A DNA stretch of 64,000 nt from Caecitellus pseudoparvulus (taxonomy: Eukaryota > Protista > Bigyra: Bicosoecida): assembly GCA_965644315.1 (NCBI GenBank), contig CBFFRQ010000068.1, positions 868,001-932,000 on the forward strand, read 5' to 3'. Each line of letters starts with the position of its first letter. The first letter of the stretch is position 1. Of this stretch, positions 13,290 to 25,700 are shown piece after piece. The translations under genes and the position numbers were made by a program. The notes beneath the pieces are model-generated. The model was not told where the DNA came from. It did no database searches and was given only the letters and a program-made list of their open reading frames with translations.

Positions 13290-13703
13290 GGTACCAGGCT
13301 CGAGGGATCCGTGCAAGCAACAACGAGTGCAACGAGCTGGCAGAAGAGGCTTGAAACGCCGCCTCTTCGCCGGGCTGCCTGCGCAAGCTGAGAGCGCTCT
13401 CGGGCGGCTCAGGCCGTTGGATGCCTTGACAATACAAGCACCTTGATGGACGGCTGATCAGCACCGACCTGGTGCGATTGCATGCAAAGCTACTGTGGAA
13501 CGTGTGAGCTTCTGCACACCACGCACAGCTCCGCCCCCTTCCTCCCCCTGCTACCCCCTTCCCGAAGCGTCCGGTGCGACTCAAAGACCGCCAAACCAAA
13601 TCGTTTTGCCCTAAAGCGTGTCCTAGCGCACTCCATGGCTCCTATAGGCCTCACCTTGCTTCCGGCTGGCACGTGGCGTTCAGGTGCATTTCCGCAGGGA
13701 ACC
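13290..13703. promoter_or_regulatory. Putative bidirectional promoter shared by the two cadherin paralogs
   Basis: 414-bp spacer between two divergent ACC-ATG starts. It contains an 8-bp inverted repeat (13343-13350/13361-13368), a 12-bp palindrome GAGAGCGCTCTC (13390-13401) and a C-rich pyrimidine tract (~13533-13562). Promoter function is inferred from gene geometry only. Confidence 0.55.
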
Positions 13704-16700
13704 ATGCGGCTGGCGCCGAGGCTCTTTCTCCTCCTTTGTGGAGCGGTCAGCCTCCTCTCCTCACAAGCCCAGGAGGGCGTTTTGCTCCTGGACTATGAGT
13801 TCGAGAGGGACGAGTTCTCGTCGCTCAGGGCGTCGCCGTTCACGTTCGGCGGCGGTTCGTTCACCATCGAGGGTAAGTTCGGCGTTTCGCGTTGCCCGAG
13901 CAACTCGCAAGCTCACGCCTTCCCTGGCCGATTCGACCGCAGGGTGGTACTTCTTCCGTGATGATGCCCCCATTTCCACCATCTGGCACTTCGGGGATGA
14001 ATTCACCCAGTACAGTGCGTCCGCGCTGACGTGGGAGGTGGCAGGGCCGGCGTTGCCCTGACACGCCGTTGCCCTTTCCACCCCCACACTTGCGACAGCC
14101 CTCTTGCGTGGGGCACCTGCGGACCTGATATTGCACATGTTGTGCTTCCCCCTCTCACAGTTTCCTTGGGCTTCAACCGAGACCGCCACCTGGAGTTCTG
14201 CATCCGGTCCAGCCCTAGCTCTGCCGGCCTCGCTTGCATTTCCATGGCAAGGCGTCTGCCCCAACGATTGTGGACGCATGTAGCCGTCGTCTATGAGACT
14301 GGCGTAGGCAGAGCACGCATCCTGCTGGACGGAGTGGTGCAAGCTGCCGGCAGTGGCCTCCCTCAGCCACCTTCCTCGCAGCGCAAGCTGCATCTCTTCG
14401 GCGGACACCCCATCATCCCAAACACGGGCATTTCTGCCATGCTGGACGACATCCGCATGTGGAGCGTGGCACGGCCCGACAATGAGCTGCGGAATGGCAT
14501 GGAGTCTTCCATCGCGCCAGGAACGACTGGACTGGAGCTGGTGTACGACTTCGAGACCAGTTCAAACGGTTGGACTGTGCAAGACAGCTCTGGCAACTCT
14601 AATCGTGGCGGCACGGTGGAGTGTGCATTCCTGCGAGACTCATGTCTGGTGACCTTGGCTGAGTCCAGCAAGTCTGTGTGCGGAGATGGCAAGCGTGGTG
14701 CTGCCGAGGCTTGTGATGACGGGAACGTCGTGAGCGGAGATGGCTGCTCTGCTTCCTGTGCAGTTGAGGCGTCTTTCCTGTGCTTCCAGGGAAGCCCAGG
14801 TGGCACTGACCTGTGCATTGACGGCACCACTTTGGACTTCGCGAGGCTGGATGATGCAGCTACGTCAGCTGCGACGTGGACGTTCGAAGCTGGCACGCGC
14901 CCTGGCGCCGCAAGCGAAGTCACTTCCAACGCTCGCTTCGATGGACAGCGAGGCGCACGCCTGTACCAGCCGCCCATGCTCTCAAGCACGGGGCGGGATA
15001 TCATGCCGCGCAATGGCCTCTTCGTCTGGCTGCGTGCCGATGCGGGTGTATCTCTCAGCGGCAACTTCGTCTCGCGCTGGGCGGATCAGTCCGGGTCCGG
15101 CAACGATATGGTCGTGCCCAGTACCGGCGCGCGCACGGGCCCTACGCTTGCTGGCCCCGCCGAGACCAAGATGAACACGCCAGCCATTCGGTTTGACCGC
15201 GTGGAAGTCGGGCAAGCTCTGCAGTTCGAGAGCGATGCAGTACGCCTCGAGCTTCCGTACACCATAGTGCTGCTTTTCCGCCATCACACTCGCACGGGTG
15301 GACGCTTGCTGCACTCTCGTGATGGGCAAAACTTTCTCTTCGGTCCAAACGGTGGCAACAACGGCTGGCATTCGTCTCAAACGGGTTGGGTTCGGTTCAG
15401 AGACGGCACCGGCACACACTCTAGGGGATACGACTACTCTGCCACAAACAGGTGGTATGTGCTAGTGGGTGCTGCAGACACAGGGAACGTGAACCTATTC
15501 TTCCGAAATGGGAAGCTGGCAGGTGACTACCGCACCGCCACCCAGGCTGACCCTGGCCGCATCGGCATTTCCGACGTTCCTGGCGGCACAAGTGCTGGGA
15601 AGGCCTCAGCTGAAATCGTGGAGCTTGCCTTCTTCAATCGTACACTGTCTGAGGCTGAGATTCGCGATGTGCACCGATATTTTGCCGAGACATACAACCT
15701 TGCTGTCAGCCCGGCCCTTCCTCAATCTCGGGAGATGTTCCAAGCGACACCAGAGGACTACACGTCCTTCGCCACGAAGACTTTGGCTGGCACGGTGGGC
15801 AGCTCCACATACTTGCGCTTGTCTGCACAAGCAGCAGCCACTCCTCGCCGCTGGGGCGTTCCTCTGTGGATCGCGCTGTTTGAGGACAATGGCGGTCCGG
15901 CGCCGCAGCCGTGGGCTTGCACGGCTCGTAGCACTTGTGCTTCGCGGCGGTTTTACTCCATTTGCTTTGGGTCCGGATCAACTGAGGCCATGCATTGCGA
16001 TGAAACCCGTGATGCCCCAGAGGGAACATGGGAACCCATCATGCTCAACGTCTGGAGCAAGTTTGCTGGGAAGTACCGGGCAGACTACAACGGCCCTGCT
16101 GCAGGCGACGAGTACTTCAATCCCTCGGCCTCCTTGCGCTTCATGGCTGCCACGGTTGCGAGCGATGACGCAGCTGAGGGATTTGTGGATGAAGTTCACC
16201 TGTTCAACTTCAACAACCTCGCCCCATGCTCAGAGATTGCCGTTGTGTCCGTCGGCGCTGCAGGTTACGCTTCCAGCGTCTTGGCAGACCTGCCCCACAC
16301 CTACCTTCGGTTGGGAAGTACACCAGAGTCTGACTTGGTTTCAGGACTGAACGGGACTTCCTCTGGAGGCTCCTCTGTGGCGTTCGCTACCAACCAGGTG
16401 CAGGACAATGACGGGGCGTGGTCTGGAGATGTTGGTGCAGACTTTGTGCTCGGTCCAGTGCCCACTTCCTGGAAGGCATCCGCAGACTTTGGATTCGCAG
16501 TGGAATTTTGGGTTCGCTTGACCGGTCCCGCATACGGCACGACATCCACCTCGCCAGTGGTGTGGTCACCACTTGTCTCGGACAGAGCGGGTGCTGCAAG
16601 CTGGACCTTTCGCTTCGAGCTTGGCTCGGACATGCGCCTCCGCTTCGGCATCAACACCGACCGAGGTGCCAACTGGATCACTACAGACAATCCGCTGTCT

Positions 16701-19700
16701 GTCGGCTCCCACTTCATCGCTGGTGAGTGGGAAGCTGTCACTGGGCACTCCTTCCTTTACCTGGACGGCACTGAGCCAGCTTTCAGCACGGTGAGCCACA
16801 ACGGAAATGCGCACCGTCGCAACACTGGCGCCCTCCTCCACGCCTCCAATCAAGTTCGAGTGGGGTTTGACGGTACATTCACCCCTGGCGGTGCCAGCTT
16901 CAACCAGCCTGTCGTGGTGGACGAATGCGCAGTGTTCGCTACCGCGAAGGGGAGGGCCACCTTCGCCAACCGATTCCACCGTGTCACGCTTGATCACAAC
17001 GTGGAGCAGCTCGTTGATGTTGGAGGATCTCCCGCAGAGTCACTGGCAAGGTTGAGCTTTGATGGTGCGAATTTTGACGCTGCATCACCTGGCCTGAGTG
17101 TTTGGCGGATTTCCCCCGCCGGGACTCTTGCTTCGGCAACCCCTGAGACCTTCGACATTGTTAACTCCGACTCGAGCATTGCACAGGCGGCTGTGCATGC
17201 CGCCAGGGACTATCTGCTGGACGACTCACAGGTTCCAGTCAACACGACTGTTGCCGTTTCTTTGAGCTGGCCCAACCCGGCTCCGAGCTCCCTTCTCTTT
17301 GTGGATGACCTGTGGACACCTTTGAGCGACAAAATCCCCAGCACGCGCACTATCGCAGCTTCATTCAGCAGTGCTGACTCGTACTTGAACGAAAACCGGC
17401 ATGTTCGAAGCTTCTACTACAACATGGACGACGAACTGGCAGAGGCCGACAGGACCTGGCAGGGAGCGAAGGACTACTGTGAGGACGTCAGGGGTCAGCA
17501 CATGTGCACATACGACGATATCTGCCGGAACGTAGAGTATCGTGGCGACGACCCTGTCGCCAAGTACCCGAATATGGGTCACTTCAATGGAGAGGGCTGG
17601 CTGCCAGTTGCTGATGAGACCAACCTGTGGATCTCCGTGGGCAACGGCTTCCTCGAGCGGCAGTGCCGAACGTACAAGTGGGTTTCAGACAATGCCCAGA
17701 ACTTCCCTTACACTCGGGCTGACTACCCTGATTGGGTGACTGCACCCCCTCGCTCAGCCATTGCCTGCTGCGGGCGAGTGGGGTATCTGACCAGGTACAA
17801 GTCTGTCGTCGAATACCCAGATGACACGTCTAAGTGGAACCTGTACCATGAAGATCCCTGGTGGCAAACTGTCAGCACCAGTATTCGATCCCATTCGTAC
17901 TTCTTTGCCCGCCCGAAATCTGGCCCGTACAATGGCCACGCGACCAGCTCGGAGTCTGGCTCTGCCTCCTGCACACACCGTATGCGTGGCATGGTGAAGA
18001 TCTTGGACATCCCCGAGGCGTACACTTGGACAAATTACACCCTGGAAGTCCGAGTGTACGTGCATGTTCGCCAAACCGGGCTGGTGTTCCGGTACACGGA
18101 CCCCAACAACCACTACAAGTTCATGTTCAGCTCGTACACGTACGAATACTGCTCTGCGTTCACTCGCCACTCTGGATACGACGACGAGCGCAACAGCGCC
18201 ACTTTGTCTGAAACAGGCAGCAGGAAGTGGCAAGACTCCAACTTGCGGGTTGACTTTTACGAGTGGTTGAATTTGCGCGTGGATGTGTACGGCAACGAGT
18301 TCTCGGCCTACGTGAATGACCGCTTGGTGAACTCCTGGGTTGATGCCACAAACTCAAACCCCATGGGCACGATTGGCTTCTTCACTGCCTACAACGCCTA
18401 CACACAGTTCAGTCGCATCAGGGTGTACAAGCGGAAGCCTGTGGACGTCAAGCCGTTGAACTCTGCGCTCCTGTCGCTGTCCATGCCCCCCCTGTCCTTC
18501 ACTGAAACTGGTATCGGTGGACAGCCGAACCGGAGGTTCGGGACTGGCTCCTCCTATGCCAGCATCGGGGTGAAGACTTTGCAAGCTGAGAACAGCACCC
18601 AGGTGCACACGTACATGGGCACTGCATACAGAACGAACCTGGAAACTTTGCAACTGCCACGGAATGCGACGAACATGCCATTTGATGCGCAGACGCTGCG
18701 GGTGGGCCAGCGCCCAGCTGCGAAGTTGGATGGACCAGGGGACGGTGCCGCTATCGTCCAAGCCGCGCTCGGCTGCCGCCAGCAAAGCGTCAGCATCCCG
18801 GAAAACTCTGTGCCGGGTAGCGTCTTGCCCATCCCAATCCTGTCACAAGCTTCCTCGCGACGTGCTGTCTCGGACTTCCGTATCGCAGGAGTCGAACCCG
18901 ACACGGAAGTGGCAGAGCTGACCTCTGGCATTGTGAGTCCGTTCCGCAACTCGGTCATTGGAGTGATGCCGGAGGATGGAGTCCTCACTGTGAGGCGAAA
19001 CGTACTGGACTTCGAAGCTAAGTCCAGCCACACTGTGTCGGTGTCAGCGGGGGTGAACAAGTGGGACTCGGGGTGGTTTACAATGATTGGCATGTGCCCT
19101 GACAACCCTCTGCAGCCCAGCACCAGCGACTGCTACAAAGAGGTGGCCTTCCCTCCTGAGCTGGCTGCTGTGATGCAGACGCGTGACCCATCGCTTATGG
19201 ACGTGCAAGTGCAGCTTCGGGTGGCGGACGGGCCCAACCAAGGGTTCATCTTCACCCCCATGGGTGCTGCTCCTTGGGCGCGCTATGCGACGTGGTCGTA
19301 CTGGGGTGGCATGATCATGGGGTACAGCAAGACTCACGTTCGACTGTGGGCACCTTCTTTCCAGTACGACGGCAGGGGAGCTGTCATCAACCTTGGCGCT
19401 GGTTCAGGTGCCGTGTACGGGCAGAGCAGTGCAGATTATGACCAGGAAAAGAACGTGCAGTTCAGTCAGGACGTCGAAGTGCGCATCGTTGTGACGGAGG
19501 CAGCTGCTCCTGATTTCGACTCGAGCTGGTTCACGCTGAATGCCCAAGAAGCCCGCCGTTCGTACAACTATCTGCACCACGGAATGGCCAGGTGGCCAGA
19601 CCGTGTGAAAGTCTCCGTGCGTGCTGTGGACGGTGCCAACTCGGGGTTTGTATTCGACGCTAAGGGAGACGGGCAGAAGTACCGACACTATGGCGAGTAT

Positions 19701-22700
19701 GGTGGCATCGTGTACAACTACGATGAGAGCGTCGTGCGCGTGTTTGCGCCAGACGCTCGCCACCATGAGTCTCTCAGTCTCGGGGGCCACGCGATTCACA
19801 TCCCAAGCGGGTATCCGTCTGTGAACAGGCAGACATCTCGCTTCGCTTCAGTCAGGGTGCAAGCTTGGACCGGGGAGGTCCGCGAGCGTCCTGACTTTGC
19901 TACAAATGAGCAAGACATGACCTTCGTCCGCCACTCTACCATGTACCACGAACAGCCCGTGACCCTTCTCGGTCATCGACCGCCAGCTCGGTTCACGGCA
20001 ATCGCTTTCATCGACAACTACGGCTCCTCTGTAGGCCGCGCACCGCTTGTTGGCATGCACGGCAACTTGGCACACACCTACTGGAGCGCCTATTCCGGCA
20101 TCGCTTGGGCATACAATCGTCAAGGTGTGCGTGCTTGGGGTCCATCTCCAGATTTGACCAGATCGGAATGGCGCAGTACGAACCACGTGCCCTCCCGCGC
20201 AAGCGATGGGTGGGGCGGTGAAGCAGGGACTTGGTATAAGAGTTACGCGCGCACTCAGTTCACGACGTGGGGCTCACCACAGTCAGTGCAAGATTCGACT
20301 GCAGTGACAGTGCATGTGTCTGACCTGCAGGAGCCACCTGTGACCATCAACACGAAGTTCTCGATCGAGGAGGACGTGTCTGAACGCAATGCTTCGCTGG
20401 GCTATTGCGTTGGCCAGGTAATCGCCGCAGACGACGACGCCGGGGACGTCCTGTCCTTCTCTATCTTGAAAGGCAACACCCGGGGCGCGTGGTCTGTGAA
20501 CTCCACCGCCCACGTCTGCGTCGCTAACCCGTCTGCCATTAACTTTGAGGAGACGCCGTATTTTGTGCTTGCCGTGTCTGTAGATGACGGCATTTTCAGC
20601 AACCTTGCGATCGTGGAAATCGAAGTCTTGAACCGCAATGACCAAGTACATGTGTATCCAAAGAACCTCACAGTGCCTGAGAACGTCCGAGAAAACACAA
20701 TTCTGCTGGCAGCAGACCCAAGCGACCCGAACGAGAATGTGCCCTCATTCGATGAAGACCTTGACCAGGCTATCTTCTACTCCATTGTCGGGGGCAATGA
20801 AGACGGCACGTTCTCCATCAACGCCTGCTCGGGGCAGGTGCGCGTGAATCAGAGTGAAATCAACTTTGAGCGCCAGAACTTCTACAACCTCACCATCCGC
20901 GTGGAAGATGACGGCTCCCCCTTCACATGGGACGAATCTTGGACCACTATCCATGTGACCAACCGCAACGACCCGCCAACGTTGCTGCAGTCCACCGTGG
21001 CAGTGGGTGAGAATGCCCTAGCAGGGGATTTGGTAGGCCTGCTGGATGCTGATGATGAAGACAATGATCCGCTGTTCTTCAACATCCTGCACGGCGATCC
21101 CCTGAACAACTTCACGGTGCAATACCACTCGCCGCACCCTGTTCATGGGCGGCCACGCTATGGCGTGTTCATCTCGAATGACTCCATCAGCTGGGGTGAC
21201 GGCACCGGCCGCGAGGATACAGGTTTCACGTGTCCCAACGGTTGCGTGAATGAGACACGCTTTGCGCTGAGTTTCGAGGCGCCAGAGCTGCCCACCTTGA
21301 GCGGGGCAACGAAGGGCCGCAATCTGCAGATCCGGGTACAGGACCTCGAAACAATCACTGTCAACTTCCCCAACCACGCCACGACACAATTCGTCACCGT
21401 GGCAGTGGAGGACCGAAATGACCCCCCCTTCTTCGACGCCATCACACGCTCAGTCCCGGAAAACTCGCTGACAGGCACTTCGTGCAGCGCCTCCCTCACT
21501 GACTGCTCCAACGACAAACCTTGTGTGCGTGATGAAGATGCTGACGACTCCGGCAGCTTGGCCTTTTCAATGGCTCCTGACTCAGTGGGTCAGGTGCCGT
21601 TCAGTGTTCTGCCGAGCGGGGTGATCCAGGTTGACTTGAGTGTTTCTCCGACCACGTGGCTGGACTACGAGAGCACGAGTGTGTTCACGTTCAACGTCAC
21701 AGTCACGGACGGGGGAGGTCCAGAGGGACCTGGCCAGGCTTACAGCCGCACTGAGTCGGTGAGTGTCGCGTTGACCAATGTGGCCGAGCCACCCGAGGTT
21801 GTGCTCGTCCAGTCGTTTAACGTGAGTGAGTTGGCTTCGCTTGGGACCATCATTGGATACCTGAATGCGACTGATCCAGACGAGGGCGACGAAGTCACAT
21901 ATGACATCCGAACCGGGAACACCCAGGGATGGTTTGATGTTGTGGGTGCAGATGGAGCCATCACGGTTGTCGACACGCTGGATTTCGAGACGGCCCCAGT
22001 GCAGGAACTGTTTGTGTTTGCTACAGACGGGACGTTGGAGACACCCCAAATCAATGTGACGGTGATTCTCATCGATGAGAATGACCCCCCTCTCTTCCAG
22101 TGCACTCTCGAGGATGTCTTTGATTTCACCGTGGAGGAAGACACGAACGCCGTGCTGGGCTACGTGAATGGTGCCAATGAGATTAGCTCCGGATTCGAGT
22201 CTGCTGTCTACGATCTGCGCTCCGGCATCAACGATTTCTCCTTCCAGGATTGCCTTGAATCCTGTGCCTCCACGACGGACTTCACTTGCGTGGCAGCGAC
22301 ATACTTTGCCGGAACGGGCCCGAAGGTGTACCCTCAAGCCTCCTTCCACGGCGACTGCTTCGGGCGAACTGCGTTCCAAAACATCAGGGTGACTGATCCT
22401 GGTGCGCAAGCCGGGGCGACATCCATGTTCCGTGTGTCCGTGTGCGAGGAAGTTGCGGCCCTGCCAGAGAACCCTTTGCCAGGCACCGTTCTTGCCAACA
22501 TCACTGCCTTCGATTTGGACGGTGATCCAGCCGTTCTCTCCATCCCTGCTGCCAATAACCCAGGCTGGGCAGTGCAGCTGAATGGCACGGAAGTCATCGT
22601 GAACAACACAGCACCCTTCAACTTCGAGGAGACGCGCCAGATCTTGGTGCAGGTTGAGGTGTCTGATGGCACTTCCTCGGCCTTCACCTGGGTGCGGGCC

Positions 22701-25700
22701 ACGCTGGTGAACGTGAACGAAGCCCCCGCGTTCGTGGGAGACAACTCAACGTACTCGTTCGCTGTCGCTGAACTTGACCCTGACGGCACGTTTGTGGGGC
22801 GGTTGTCCGCGAACGACCCTGATGCATCCTATTCACTGGACTATTCCATCATTGGCGGCAACGACAAAAACACTTTCCGGGTGGTCCGCGAAGGTGCACT
22901 TGGGGACACGGCCCGCCTGGAGTTGAACCGCACCATCCAAAGCAACGAAGCCGACATTGATGGGGCTGACTACACGCTTGTCCTGGAAGTGTCAGACGGC
23001 GACTTGGCCAATGTGGTGGAGGTGTACGTGAACATCAACGCCACCAACACCGCCCCCATGCTCAGTGGCGTGGCAACTACCCGCACGATCCCCGAACACT
23101 CTGCACCGGGCACTGCCGTTGGTGCGCCCATCACTGTTATTGATAACGAAGGTGACCAAGTCACGTTCACAATCATCAGCACCACCCCCACAATTCCTGG
23201 CGCAGCAGGCCAGCCGGTGTTTGAGTTTGTTGAAGCCTCATCTGGCAGTTGGAACTTGGTCGTCGCACAGGCACCCCCACGAGGGGCTCTGAATTTCGAG
23301 TGCGACCGCACAGATCCTTTGCCAGGCTGTGCTGCAGGCCTCTTCCACACGTACAACGTCTCGTTCACCGTGTCTGACTGGGGCACGGGCAACCGCTCCG
23401 TTGACGCCTCCCTGACAGTGTCCGTCACTGATGTTGATGACACACCAGAAGCGCCGTCTACCATGGTCTTCTCCGTGCCTGAATTGTCCAATCTGGGGCG
23501 GGGACTGACAGACATGAGCGGCTCGCTGTCCAACCCACCTGCAGGCCTGGGTGGCTTGCGGGATGTGTATGACGACGACAAGGTCCCCTTGACCTTTACT
23601 CTCAGCGGGCCTGACTCGGCAGCCTTTGCCGTGGCCGCCGGGAATGGTGACTTGGTGGAGAGCTCTGGGAACATCAGCGACCCGTCCTTCCTGAACCAGT
23701 ACCCGCTTGGACAAACGCCTGACCTGACCGTGGCTGCTGAGCTTGACTTCGAAGTCAAGTCCCTGTACACATTCACCTTGTCAGTGTCAGATGGGGCGAC
23801 CACTTTGAACGTCGCAGTCACAGTGAACGTTACAGACGTGCTGGAAGCACCCGTTGTGGACTCTGGCTTGGCTGACCCCGCGACCTTCCTGGCGACGGTG
23901 CCTGAGAACTCCCCCCAAGGCACCCTGGCAGGCATGATCACAGCAAGCGACCCGGACGGAGACTATCTGTACTACGTCATCACTGGGGTCAGCTTCCTGT
24001 TCCAGGCCGGCTGCCCAGCTGGGTCCGAGTGCCAGGAGGAGGAATCCGCTGGGCAGTTCCTGGAGACTTTCTACACTGAGCCGGTGGCAGTGAATGACAC
24101 ATTTGGGCCGCACGATGCCCAAAACGCCAGTCTCTTCCTCCGCGCGCCCCAACCAGGGGTGGGCACCAGTGTCCTGGACTATGAAAACCGCCTGTTCTAC
24201 CGAGTCAGCATCGAAGTTGCCGACAGGCCTCTAGGCGCTCCCGGGCGCCTCAGCTCCATGGCGTACCTGAACGTCACAGTGTTGGACGTGAACGACATCG
24301 CCATCGACGCTGTGCGCATGACGCGAAGCAATGGCGCCGGCGGGTTTGTTCCAACTGATGGATTGCGAACAGTGGGAGGGCTCGACTTCATCGAAGTGCT
24401 TGGGCGGGGCATTCGGCACGAGAAGCCTGGCCCCGTGCCGCCGGTCATCACCTTGGAGTACGGATGCGAAGATGAAGTTGCTACGATCCCCGCATCCCCT
24501 GGCGACGATGCCTTCACCACCACTTGTGCATACACGGCCACGGGATGTGTCATGGACTCTGTCGTGGACATTCGCTGCGCGGCAGTGCCAGGGTCTGGTG
24601 CCGGCCACCGCATCCGCATCACCGTGGATGGCCAGGTGCGCCACAGCACGCCCTCCATCCACTCGCCCACGACACCCCAGCTCGTGTCCTACCTGCCTCC
24701 CCGAGTCACTGGCGTCTCAGCCCCCTCTCCACTCGCCACAGCTGGGGGGCAGTCCATCGTGGTTACCGGCTCCAACTTTGGGCCATCAGGAACGGAGCCA
24801 GTCTCTGCGACGTATGCCAACGGCATTCTCATGTTCGCCGCCACGTCTTGCTCCGTGGACAGCCACACGCAGATAACTTGCCAGAGCGTGGCTGGCGTGG
24901 GCACTGCCTTCCTCACGGCTGTCTCTGTGGATGGCCAAGCGTCAACCTCCGCCGCGTCGCTGCGAGCAGAGGCGGCAGGGAACCCCACATTCGCTGCGAC
25001 ACTGCAGGCGATGCAGCTGAACTATGCCGCGCCAGTGGTCTCTGGTGTCACTGCGACAAGCCAGCAGCACACCCAGCCAACATCTGGCAGCGGCGCAGTG
25101 CGCAACATGGCGCTGACTGGCACTTCCTTCGGGCCAGGCTCGGCAGCGCTGATCGCAACTGCCATGGACCCAGGAGCTACGTTGCCCCAAGTGCAGGCCT
25201 ACGTCTCCTTTGTGGGAGAGCTCAGAAACGCGAGGTTTTGGCTGCGATCCTCCGATTGCCAGCATGCTTCGGACAACCTAGTCGAGTGCAGCACTCCGCC
25301 TGGGGCGGGCAGCAACTTCACCTGGCGCTTGACGACGGGCGAGCAGACATCTGCGTGGTCCAGCGCATCTCAGCAGACGGGGTACGCTGCGCCTGAAATC
25401 ACCTCAGTCTTCGGCGAGGGTGTTGAAGAGGGGCCCACAGCGGGTGGCTCGCGTGTCTCGGTGCAAGGCGTGAACCTGGGCCCTGCCTTCTTGCTGTCCA
25501 AGCTGGACGAGAGTGGCTCCGAGCTCCCGGCCTTTTCGCCCATCGCAGCGGTGGACTCACTCCTGTACACTTCTCCCTTCTCAGTGCTCCCCAACCACAC
25601 GTACGCAGCCTCTAACTGTGCAGTTCGCACAGCGCATTCCCTGATTGACTGTGTCACGGCTCCGGGCACCGGTGAAGGGCATCGATGGACGCTCACTGTC

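Noticed and set aside
14031-14160. ORF-track start (GTG 14031) for the 6,056-aa protein
   Set aside because: It lies inside the predicted intron 14015-14160; the spliced model supplies a signal peptide from ATG 13704.
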